A stretch of 35,755 nucleotides of DNA. Origin: Chrysochromulina tobinii (Eukaryota). Below are positions 10,105-20,966 of the stretch, piece after piece. The notes beneath the pieces are model-generated. The model did no database searches and was not told the DNA's origin. It saw only the letters and a program-made list of their open reading frames with translations. The first letter of the stretch is position 1. Each line of letters starts with the position of its first letter. A program made the position numbers and the translations under genes. Location: assembly GCA_001275005.1 (NCBI GenBank), contig JWZX01002786.1:1-35755 (forward strand), in the 5' to 3' direction.

Positions 10105-11604
10105 AAAGAGCTCGATACGGGAGGCACTGCTTGCCCGGCCCGGCCTCGGGCATGCTTCGCCCGCCCCGCGTCCACGGCAGCCTGTAGCTCCTCGCGCCAC
10201 GCAAGCCGTTCGGCCAGTTCCCACACCGCCGCGTCTGTGTCGCCCGCCACATGGCCATCCCGCACCACCAAGCCGCCCCCCGGAACGCTCACACTCGCAC
10301 ACGCCCCCTCGTCGAAGATGAAGCCACCCAGGCCGAGCGTATGGACTTGGCCCACGCGCTCTCGGTTGACTAGCAGCCGCGGCGCGCGAAGGGGCGCACG
10401 TGTCACCAGACCAGCGAAGGGCTGGACCTTGAGAGAGGTGCCCATGACGAGGAGGAGGTCGGCGCGGGGCAGGTCGTCGTGCGCGGAGACGAAGAAGCGC
10501 TCGGGCAGCTGCATGCAAATGAGGGCGACAATCAGCATGCATTCAGAGGTCGTCGCGCGCGGAGACGAAGAAGCGCTCGGGAAGCCGCGTGCTCGGGGCT
10601 CGTTCGTACTCGTAGGCACTCATACGCCACTCGTGGGCACTCGTGGGCCCTCGTAGGCCCTCGTAGGCACTCATACGCCACTCATACGCCACTCGTAGGC
10701 ACTCATACGCCACTCGTGGGCACTCGTGGGCCCTCGTAGGCCCTCGTAGGCACTCATACGCCACTCATACGCCACTCGTAGGCACTCGTGGGCACTCGTG
10801 CGCCACTCATACGCCACTCATACGCCACTCATACGCCACTCGTGCGCCACTCATACGCCACTCATACGCCACTCCCACCTGCTCGCCAAAGAAGACAATC
10901 GACGGTTTCACATGACCGCCGTACCGTCGGTTGAGGAATGCCCATGCGTCTGGTGAACTGCTCAAGGCGGCGCGGCGCACCTCGTCGACAGGGACGCTCG
11001 TGCTCCTGCCCACCACATGCGCGCCGTCAAAGTTGCCATGCGCCGCCACCACCCGATCCGCTGGCAGCCCAGCCTCGACCTCGAGGGAGTCGATGTTCTG
11101 CGTGAGCACGCGCCGGAGCTTGCCGTGCGTGTGCAGCAGGGCGAGGAAGTGGTGCGTGGGCGTGGGCGCGAAGTTGCCCGGCCAGAGCTCCTTGCACAGC
11201 CGCTGGAAGGGCTTCGGGTTGTGGACGAAAAACTGCAAACACGTCATGGACACGGCCTGGTGAGTCTTTCGACGACCGAGGCGTCAACAACTGTGAGTTG
11301 GAGGATTCTTGGCCGTGCGCACATCGATATCAAAGATTGCCTCTGGGTACGGCAGCCCATACGACGCGAGGTTGTCGTATAGGCCGGTCCCCGGCGTGCG
11401 GAAGTCGGGGATTCCCGCCGAGGTACTGCAGCCTGCGCCGACCATGACGACCACGTTGCGGCACTCGTCGGAGGCGATGATGGAGGCGACGCGCTCCAGA
11501 TCCAGCGGCGCCGCAGCGGCCGAGGATGCGGCGCTTGCGAGCGCACGGATTGGCTGACGGTGGCCGCAGGAGAAGCACGTCGAGAAGCACGAGACGAGGC
11601 GCAT
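10101..11604 (-). CDS. Class I sirtuin (SIRT2/Hst2-like NAD-dependent deacylase); exons 11604-11323, 11232-10879, 10508-10101
   Basis: Motifs [75 protein letters not shown]. Two phase-0 GT-AG introns. Confidence 0.9.
10509..10878 (-). repeat. Sirtuin intron 2: 10-11-bp minisatellite (ACTCATACGCC / ACTCGTAGGC on +) plus a ~38-bp copy of the exon 3 start
   Basis: Repeats span about 10608-10875. CTTCCCGAGCGCTTCTTCGTCTCCGCGCGCGACGACCT (~10547-10584) copies the exon 3 start and is followed by TGCATGCTGATTG. Confidence 0.85.
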
Positions 11605-12002
11605 GAACGCAATCGATTGCGGGGTCGTCTCGTGTGAGTTCGCGTGAAAAAAGGGCGTGAAATTCGCGGTGCCTCTGAAACCGTGATGATGGATTTTCTG
11701 CAAAACCACACGTTTTAACTTTCGCAGTTTCATCAAACCCCGAACCCGAGCGTCGTCAGGGACTGACTCGCGCAATCTGGTGTTCCGTCCAGCTGAATAT
11801 GTCATTGTCAGCAAACGCGCTCCTGGCCACCATCGCTGCCATCGGAGCCGCGGACGTCAGCTACTGTATGCTATCGCATCCGGGTTCCTTTCTCTCCTCT
11901 GCCGTGCGAGGCTTCGCGTTCTCACGTCTGCTCCTCCACGCTCAGGGTTCATTTCCATGAAATCGCGCCAAAGACTGGCGCACGCTCAATCCATGGCTCA
12001 AT

Positions 12003-12124
12003 CCGAGGGATGCGCGCCGCCGAAGCCGAAACTTGAGCTGTGTCGCCAAAGCCGAAAGTTGCGGCTTCGGCGGCGCGTATCCCTTCGGCGCCTGAGCTAC
12101 AGCGGCGGCGCCGCGTAACTCAGG
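12003..12124. other. Intergenic inverted repeats (two adjacent hairpins)
   Basis: CGCGCCGCCGAAGCCG (12013-12028) pairs perfectly with CGGCTTCGGCGGCGCG (12062-12077), extendable to about 26 bp. A second hairpin CCTGAG...CTCAGG lies at 12091-12124. Confidence 0.7.
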
Positions 12125-12822
12125 TTTCGGCGACACAAAAGAAAGCGTTGGTGTCGACACAGCGCAGGTGACCATGTATTCCTTCCCGATCGAAACCACA
12201 AAGCCGCCGTCTATGCGGCCAAACCGTAACTTTGGCGTCCCACCCGAGCTCGTGCAAGACCGGGAGGTTTGCGCGATTCTTGCACACTCCGATGCCTGTC
12301 TGACATGCACATGGCTGCGTGCGCGTCCTACCTGAGGCGGTGGACCCCACGGACAGGGGGTTGCCCCAAAACAGTGTGTGTGTGACTCGTGTGCGTTATA
12401 CAATGCAATGACTCACTCAGAAGGAGACGAATGGAAACCACATTACATTATCTGCTCTGGCTAATTCTCTCGTCTGTCCTGCGTGGTGGCCTCCGTTGAC
12501 CTGACGCGAGCCAGCGAGGCGTGCCCAGCGAGGCGCGCAGGGCGCAGGTTGCATGGATGGCCGCGCGCTGTGACGCGCGTGTGTGCATAGCGGACGTCAT
12601 GAGCGGATGGCATTCGCTGAACAGCTCAGCGCCAAGCCTCGCTCAGCACGGCGCCATGCCTCGCTCAGCACGGCGCCATGCCTCGCTCTGCAGAGTGTAC
12701 TCACGAGCGGAAGCAATGTGGCCCTCGAACGCAGCCTGATTGCCGCTGATTGTCGCTGATTGCCGCTGATGGCCCTCGGACGCAGCCATGAGGCAACTGC
12801 TGCCCCTCTCTCTCTCACTCTC

Positions 12823-14094
12823 TCACCACAGGTTGGACATTTTGGGAGGCGGGGGGCGCAGCTCGGGGGTCGCGGGCGCACGGAGCTGCGAGAGCACGAC
12901 GGATGCGGGCGTCCCAGGCGCATCGTCCACCTCGCGCCTGAGCGTCTCCACCTCCTCGTCGCCCTCCTTGACCGGCGACTTGGGGTACACCCCACCTTTG
13001 GAGCGAGGGAGGTCCTGCTGGTGGGCTTCGAAGGCGAGCGAGGCCGCATGCGCGTAGTGCTGGCTCAGGAAGCTGACGGCCTCCAGATGACCTGGGGCAT
13101 GGGAGGCCGCCACGTCCGCCTCCCGGATCGCGTGCTGCTGCTCCCTGGTCGTCTGTAACCACTTCTCATCAAGGGGCACGTGCGGCGCGACGCCCACGTA
13201 TTGCGACGACCTGGGAGCGAGGAGGGTGGCGGAGCCGTTGAGCCGTTGGGTTTGGAGCGCGAGGGCGAGCATGTAGTCGGTCTCGGTCACGCCCGCGCCC
13301 TTGAACACGCCCTTGTACTTGCCATCATTCACGTGATCCTTCTTGATCGCGCCCTGTGTGATCGCCTTCGCATCGGCCGCGCTCGCACCAAACGGAGGGC
13401 TGTACTGGTCCACATGCGTGCCCACGATCTTGGCGCTCGCCTTCGTGTCGGGCGCGCTCATCAGGTCGAACCGGTTGCGCCCGCCCGCCGGCGGCTTCAG
13501 TTGCGCCGCCTTCTTCGCCTCGGTGATCTCCCATGCATCTCCTCGCACCGTCGGCGCAGGCAATGTCGCCGTCACAGGCGACATGGCCGGCGTCCGTCTG
13601 GTCGGCGAAACGTCCGCGCTACCCGTCGGCTTGATCGGCGTGCCGGTCGTGTTGCGCGCGGCGGCCTCCTTGGCCTTCTGCATCTCTCTATCGCGCGCCT
13701 TGATCTCCTTGATCGAGCGCTTCGGCATGCTCGAGATCTCCATTTCACGGTAGTCGCGCTCGGCGCCGCCGCCAAACTGCTGCACGACGGCCGGCGCCGC
13801 CGGCTGCGACGAGGAGCCGGGATCGCGGCGAATCGTCCTATCGGGCGAGAAGAACTGCGGCTTCGCCGAGCGCAGCTTCTCGAGCTCCTCTGCGAGCTGT
13901 TTGTCGGCGAACGCCTTGGCCTCAGCCGCCGCCTTGGCCGCCTCGGCCGCCTCCTCCGCCTCCCTCTCCGCGTCGAGCGCAGCCGACTCGGCGGCTGCGG
14001 CCAGGCGGCGTGCGGCCGCCGCCTCCGCGGCCGCCATGCCCACCGGATCATTGCTCCGCCTCGGGTCCACTCTGAGGTTGTTCTTGGGGGCCAT
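12823..14094 (-). CDS. Hypothetical 423-aa protein with Ala/Glu-rich N-terminal coiled coil; no recognised domain
   Basis: Long ORF with G/C-ending codons like its neighbours. ATG sits in a CACGATGG context just downstream of IFT140. Confidence 0.65.
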   Translation of the reverse strand: MAPKNNLRVDPRRSNDPVGMAAAEAAAARRLAAAAESAALDAEREAEEAAEAAKAAAEAKAFADKQLAEELEKLRSAKPQFFSPDRTIRRDPGSSSQPAAPAVVQQFGGGAERDYREMEISSMPKRSIKEIKARDREMQKAKEAAARNTTGTPIKPTGSADVSPTRRTPAMSPVTATLPAPTVRGDAWEITEAKKAAQLKPPAGGRNRFDLMSAPDTKASAKIVGTHVDQYSPPFGASAADAKAITQGAIKKDHVNDGKYKGVFKGAGVTETDYMLALALQTQRLNGSATLLAPRSSQYVGVAPHVPLDEKWLQTTREQQHAIREADVAASHAPGHLEAVSFLSQHYAHAASLAFEAHQQDLPRSKGGVYPKSPVKEGDEEVETLRREVDDAPGTPASVVLSQLRAPATPELRPPPPKMSNLW

Positions 14095-14324
14095 CGTGAA
14101 AATGGCAGACTCCGTCCAAAACGAACCTTCGTAAGTTTGCTCGCCCCACAGAGCGTTTTTCGTCCTGTTCCCGAAATGAGGCTCGCTCCGTCCCCCTCTC
14201 GCCGCGCAGGGCCATGCTGCTGAACATACTTAGCATGACATGACACGGCGATTGAGGGCCTCCCCTCCTCAGATACGCTGCGCCCCCCCCTGTGCTCCTC
14301 GTGCGCGCGCCTCATCGTCCATGG

Positions 14325-17300
14325 CTAGTCGTCCATGTCCTCCTCGATGTTGTCCTCGACCTCGTCTCCCGCGGCGTGCGTGGGCGCGCGTGCGGCAGGC
14401 TGAGGGTCGTGCGGCACAGCGGCGCCCATCGAGGCGCAGATGGCGGCAATCATCTCCTGGTCGAGATAGGGCGCGAGCACGATCGATCTCGCAACCATCT
14501 TCTCGATGAGATTGTACGCCTGCTCCATCTGTCGCTGCGAGTAGAACCACTCCACCATCAACGCGTACACGTCACCCACCCGAAGTGCGTGCTCGACGGT
14601 CGGCTCGTCGAGGAGTTGGAAGCACAGGCGCACCTGCATGCAAAATGGGGGAAGGGTACTCAGCATGCAAGCCGTCTCCACGGGCTCGGGCGTGACGCGA
14701 TCCGCATGCGATCCGTATGCGATCCGCATGCAATCCGCATGCGATCCGAATGCGATCCGAATGCGGTGCGCGCGCACCGTCTCCTCGGGCTCGGTCTTGA
14801 CAGTCTTGCGAGCGCGCACGAAGGCCTCGACGTGGGAGATGCGCTGGGCGAGCGACGCGACCTTTGCGTCCTTGTCCTGCACGCGCGCCTTGCCCATCCA
14901 CTCATGGGCTTCCCGCAGCGCGCCGAGAGCCTTCTCGTAATCACGGTAGTCATCAATCTCGATCTGAGCACACGAGTCGAAGAAGCAATTAGTGGCAATC
15001 AGAGGCAATCAGTGGCAATCAGAGGCAATAACGACACTCACCTGAGCACACGAGTCGAAGAAGGCGGCGAGCGAGTCGAGCGCCTTTGCCTTCGAGTAGA
15101 ACTGGACGATGTTCTTCACTATCTCCGGGTCCGCCTTCCAGTCAAGATTCTGCAGGTAGTTGGCCGCGAGGATGTAGATGTCGCGGTTGCGCGAGACACC
15201 CGCGAAGTAGCAGATCTTCTGCGTGTCGCCCGAGCGGAGCAGGCACTTCATCGCCTTCACCTTATCGCCGGCCTGCGTGTACATCTTGCACGCGAGATGG
15301 TAGTTGCCTTGGCGCTTGAGGACCTTGGCGACCTTGAGTCGGAGCGAGTTGAGAAGCTCTTCGGTCTCGGCGCCCTATGAGAGGCACAATTGAAGGCAAT
15401 TAGTGGCAATCAGTGGCAATCAGAGTTGAGAAGCTATTCGGTCTCGGCGCCCTATGAGAGGCACAATTGAAGGCGATTAGTGGCAATCAGTGGCAATCAG
15501 AGCTGAGAAGCTCTTCGGTCTCGGCGCCCTATTCGCCGAGATCGAGCGGCGTCGAAGATCATGGCGATTCTAGGGGCCATCCGAGGGGCCATCCGAGTGG
15601 CCATCCGAGGGGTCATCACCTTTTGTCCGAGCTCCGGTGCGAGCTTCTCCGCCATCGGCTCGGTGAGTGTCACGTTGTGCATGATGCATAGATCGATCGC
15701 CTTGGCGCACTGGCCGGCCGCCGCGAAGAGGGTGACCGTCTTATCCCACTGGCCGTGGTCGAGAAAGAACTCGGCGCAGCGCGTGATCAGCGCTGGGTCG
15801 CTATCCGGAGGGAGCTTCTCGGAAATGGCCGAGAGCTGCTCGAAGAGCGAGAATCGGAAGCAGAGCTCGACCGCCTTGGCGAGCTGCCCGCCTTGCTGGT
15901 ACAGTTGGACCGCGCGGTCGGGCTGGCCGTTCTTCTCGAAGTAGGCGGCTGTGTCGGCCGCGAGCTTTGGGTTGGACGAGCTCGCGATCACGTTGAGCTC
16001 GGACGCGAGATCATGGGCCTTGGCCAGCCGGATCGCGTGATTGTATCTGCCCGCGCGCTGATAGAATTGGATCGCTTGCTGGATGAGGGCGCGCTCCGCA
16101 CTCGTGCCCTGCTCAGACGCCGCCTTCTGCTCGTACTGCTTGGCCAGGTGGTACGCGGCCCCGGAGTGGTTGGAGGCATTCACGACCTCGGCGGCGCGCT
16201 CGAGCTTATTATGGAAGGCGAGCACGCGCACGATCGACAGGTGGTCCGCCGCCTTCTCGTAGTACGTGAGGGCCTCCTTGAAGCGCGCGTTCGACTCTGC
16301 GTACTGCGCCCACCACGTGTACAGCTCGGGGTCCTGTGTGCGGTCGATGAACTCCTTGAGCTCGGGCAGTTGATGCGAGTCGAAGAGCATTCGGGGCACC
16401 TGTGGGGAGAGGAGAGAGGGCGTCGTGGTGAGCACTTGCATGCAGCGGCATGCGAGAGTCGAAGAGCATCCGGGGCACCTCGACCCGGTGGGTATCGGAT
16501 CGCTCAAAATGCTCCGCCGCTTTCATCGTCTCGCCTTCGGCCTCGAGCTGGCGTGCGTATGTGTAGTGGGTCGCCTTGAGGTGGATGCGATCCTCCTTCT
16601 CGGCGATCTCGAGTGCCTTCTCCCATTGGCCTGACGCCTGGTACAGCGTGTTGAGCAGGTCGTGCCGGCCGCATGAGGCGTAGAGCTGTTCGGCCTCCTT
16701 GAGCATGCCGAGCTGCACGGCGACCACCGCGGCGCACACCTGCATGCACTCGGGGGATAGGGGGCACTCAGCATGCACTCGGGGGAGGGAGGGGGCAATC
16801 AGCATGCACTCGGGAGGGGCGCACCTCCGGCTCTGAGATAGTGCCGTCGGGCCGCGTATGCGCCTCGACGACGTCACGAACCGCTCGCGCCCCGCGCGCG
16901 TGCCCCATGTTCCCTAGGCACGTGTCAGCGATGTCGAGCCGCTTCGTCTGCACGCACATTCGCGCCATGTTCTCCCACACGGCCGCTGAACGCACGAGCT
17001 TCACAGCCTTATGCGCCTCGTCCATCGCACCCACCGTCAGGAAATAGGAAAAGTCGACGAGCGCCTGCCGAATGACGAAACGCCGAATGACGAAACGCCG
17101 AGCACGCAGGGGCGCACAGAGGTGAGCAGCGGAGCCTATATTTTCGAGGAGTGCAGAGGCCATCAAACGGCAATCAGCATGCAATCAGCATGCAATCAGC
17201 ATGCAATCAGCATGCCTATACCTTCGTGGAGTGCAGAGGCCATCAACGGCAATCAGCATGCACTCAAGGAGTAACGCGCACCTTGCGCGTCTCCACATCA

Positions 17301-19873
17301 AGTGCCTCCATGCCTGCAAAATCGCGCATGACCACCCGTCGCACTCGGCTGCCTTTGGCGGCTGCCGGGAGCGCCCCACCGTGCGCCGTCGCCGCCGCCG
17401 CCGCCGCCGCCGCCTCGTCCGCGTCGCCGCCGCCCGTCTCAGCGCCGTCGGCGCTGTTGACGTAAAGGTACGGCCCCTTCTCCGCGGCGGGGGCGAGGCA
17501 GTACAGATGGGGTACACGTACGGCGAGTAGGCCCTGGTGCTCGGGTTCGACGGGGACCGTGTTGTGCAGGCGCACCTCGCCCTCTGGAGTGCAGAATAGG
17601 GTCGTCACCTCGAGCGGCGCGACGGGCGCCGGCGGCCCGCTCGGCGGTAAGGTCGAGCCGAGGGAAGCTGCGCTAAGGGCGGCGGCATTGGCGGCGGCGT
17701 GTGCGGCACTCGGACGTGTCTCGACCCCAATGAGCTTCGGATCCGAGGCCTCCCAGTACATGGCACTCGGCACCCGCGCAGTGGGCCCAAAGTCATGTGT
17801 GACGAGTACGTCCGCCTCGACAAGCTGGAGGAAGAGGCGTGGGTCGTTCGCCCACGGGGCGGGCGGTGAGCCAGGCTTGGGCTTGTTCACACCACCCGGC
17901 TGCGTCTGCAGGCACGCGGCCACCCGTGTGCCGTCGGAGGAGATTGCGATCTGCGCGACCTTGGCGTTGAGCGCGTCGCCGCCGAGCTTGCGTGCACCGA
18001 GTAGCTGCTTCGGCTCCTTGCGAGAGACGTCCCAAACCTGCATGCGATCAGGGAGGGGGGGCCATCAGCATGCACTCGGCGTGGCTGGGGCCATCAGCGG
18101 CTCCATCTTGCTGGACAGACACCACCACACACCCGCACACACAGACCACACGCACGCACGCACCTTGATGAAGCCCTTGTCGGTGCCGGAGGCAAGGAAG
18201 ACCTGCTTGCGCTTGTCGCTGACCGTGCGCCCCGCCACGTGGATGGCGACCGGCGTTCCCTCCGCATCCGCAAACGGCAAGGTCGCGAGGACGGAGCCTG
18301 AGAAGTTCACACACTCGAGCCGTCCTTGGAGCCCGAGAAAGAGGCCCTCGCTGTAGATGGCCGCGCACGTGCACTTGTGGTCAAAGGCGCCCAGGAGTAC
18401 CGGTGGGCCGGGCGGTGCGGCCGGGTCGGTCGCCGAGTCATCGAACTGGTACACCTCGACGCGCCGGCCTGTCCACGTGAGGATGTACTCTCCGGACACG
18501 TCGCATCCCTTGATGCGGTTGGGTGTGGTCAGCAGCAACCGTGCGCCCTTGGGATGCTCGAGCAGCACCTCCTGTGCACCCTGCTGGGCATACGCCCACT
18601 CGCCCGCGAGCGCACAGCGCAGCACCGTCTCCGGCAGCAGCTGCAGAGCCGCGCTGCCCGCACCGGAGCCGGGTCTCGCCACGGCAGCGGCGGCGAGAAC
18701 GGGCTCCGCATGGGACCAGGCGAGGGACGCGGGCTCGGCCCCGAGGCTCGCTATGGGGAGCGCCTCCCAGCCAGCTTCGGGGTTGCCGCGCCCGCCGCCG
18801 CCCGTGTGCCGCCAGACGGCCAGCCGCCCGTCGCGCGTACCCGCGGCGAGGAGGCGGCGTGACGTGTGGTACGCGAGGCTCGACAGCTTGTCATTCACAC
18901 CCGCCATCCCAGGCACGTCGGAGAGCGACAGTGCAAAGTTGTCTTCATCGTCGAGGAGGTCGTTGACGCGCACGACCGCGTCGGCCGATACGATCGCGAG
19001 CTGCCCCACGCCGCACCAAGCCGCCGCCTGGAAGCCTTCCCGACCGACCGACAGCTTCGACTTGACCAGAGGGGTCGGCTTATTGTCTGTGAGCTTAAAC
19101 GTGCACAGCATGGCGCTCATCGTGACGACCACGAGGGTGTCGCGCTCGGGCAGGTAGAGCATCGCGCCCACGGCGCCGCCGAGCGTTGGGATCGCCTCCG
19201 ACGCGCGCCCGAGGTCGTCGCCGAGCAGGATCACGCCGGTCTCACCTCCGTAGTAAAAGGGCGGTATATCGGCGGCAGCGAACGAGGAGGTGACGAGCTT
19301 CTTCTTCTGCTCCGCGGTGCGGAAGACTGCGTGGGTGAGCGCGCCGGCCGAGGGCTTCTTGTACGGGCAGATCGAGTTGAACCGCCCCTTGGGGTCCACC
19401 TTGTACACGCACAGCACCGCCGCGTCCTGAGGGCGCGTCGGCACGCCTGGTCGGCAGTCAGCTGCGATGAGGCGCGAGCCCTCGGGTGAGAAGTAGACGA
19501 AGGAGATCGGGTGGCCTGCGTGCTGCTCGTCGTCGCACCGCTCCATCCGGTCCTTCTCCGACCACACCATCACCACGCCGTCCTGCCAGCCCACGGCCAG
19601 CAGCACGTTGCCGCCCTGCACCTGGGTACTCGTCCACGACAGGCACGTGGGCACGGCCTCACCGCCTTCGCGGCCCGCGCGGTTGCGCGTGACCTCCTCG
19701 TGCACACTGCCATCCTCGTTGAGCACGAGCACCGTGCCGCCCTCGAGCGCCACCGCGAGCAGCGCCGTCTCCTTGCACGGGCACCACGACGAGAGCAGCA
19801 CCCGCTTGCCGCGCGGCAACCCGTCGACGGCTGTCGGCGCGAAGAGCAGCGACGTCCTGAGGGTGAGAGACAC
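14325..19873 (-). CDS. IFT140: Intraflagellar transport protein 140 (IFT-A; WD40 + TPR), ~1524 aa; exons 19873-18164, 18037-17282, 17064-16825, 16739-16479, 16399-15620, 15374-15042, 14963-14778, 14633-14325
   Basis: Characteristic segments VMRDFAGME...[96 protein letters not shown]. All seven GT-AG introns are phase 0 and keep the frame. Confidence 0.93.
15375..15619 (-). repeat. IFT140 intron 5 with two 77-bp units, each starting with a copy of the exon 6 start
   Basis: AG|GGCGCCGAGACCGAA(G/T)AGCTTCTCA occurs three times. Only the last continues as coding sequence. The filler is CTGATTGCCACTGATTGCCACTAAT. Confidence 0.85.
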
Positions 19874-20183
19874 GGGCGTGGTGAGCCGACCACGCTCCAG
19901 CTCGCAACGTGGGACGCTCGGCGCGCGCGCGCGTGGGCAGAGCGAGCAGGAGCAGCGGCCGAGGGCTTACATGGGCGTTAGTTCTGGAGTTCTGGTGATC
20001 GGTGCGTCGTACCGGCCACATGCCAAAGAGTTTACCAGGTACATGTACAGAATCATCCTAAGTCTCCTATACATGTAATCCTGGGCACCCGAAAAAGGCG
20101 AGCGGTGCAGACTCTCTTACCATGGTTACTATTGTATTACTGTAGCAAACAAGTTCTCGGACATAGGGTGTCGAGGGACCGAG

Positions 20184-20966
20184 ATGCCGTCGCTGCTCTT
20201 GCTCCAGTCCGTCGCGCTCGCCCTTTCTCTAGGTCCGACGGCGCGTCCGGCATTGCTGCCTCGTCGCTGCCCTGCCCCGATCGCACAGGCCGTCTCGACT
20301 TCTTTGAGCACCGTCGACGCCGCCAAGATCTTTGGCCGCCTCGCTGAGAAGACGCTCTACCTCGATGCGACGGTGGGTGCGTGCTGCCACTCCGCATGCT
20401 CGGATTGCGAGTGGCGCACGCCGGGCGGCGGCTACCGATGGGACGTCATGAAGGCCCAGGTGGCCAAGTGGCTACCGTGCTACCTCACGCGCGACTTTGC
20501 TGACGAACGTGCGCTTGCTTTTTTGATATGTAGATTCTGCCCGAGTGCGCATGCTCCATCATGCTGACGACCTCGCGTGCCCGACCCGTTCGGATCTCGG
20601 AGCGCAGGCGGCTCACACACACCCGCCTGGGCCTCAGCGCTCTTCCCCGGCGCCGCCGCCACTGTGAGCCGCGCCGACTTTGACACGCGGCTGAGCGCCA
20701 TGCCGTACAGCGGCGCAATGGGGCCCAAAGGGACTGTGAAAGAGGCGGAGCTTCCGGCGCAGGCGCTGGACGCGATCTGGGCCTTCCTATGCGATGGCGA
20801 TGCTCAGTGCGCCGAGCTCTCCGCGTCCGCCATGCTCCAGCGGCTGCAGTCGATGTCTCTCCTCGAAGGGATTGAGCGCGCCGGTGCCATTGGCCAAGGG
20901 CCCGATTCGATCGTGTGGAACGAGTTTGCTAAGGGGTTGGGCGCGGCGCCGTTTGAGCGCTTCTGA
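20184..20966 (+). CDS. Probable plastid-targeted protein with CCxxxCxxC motif; exons 20184-20508, 20608-20966
   Basis: Signal-peptide-like MPSLLLLQSVALAL followed by an Arg/Pro/Ala transit-like stretch, then GACCHSACSDCEW. A phase-1 GT-AG intron joins ORFs 20184 and 20577. Confidence 0.7.
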
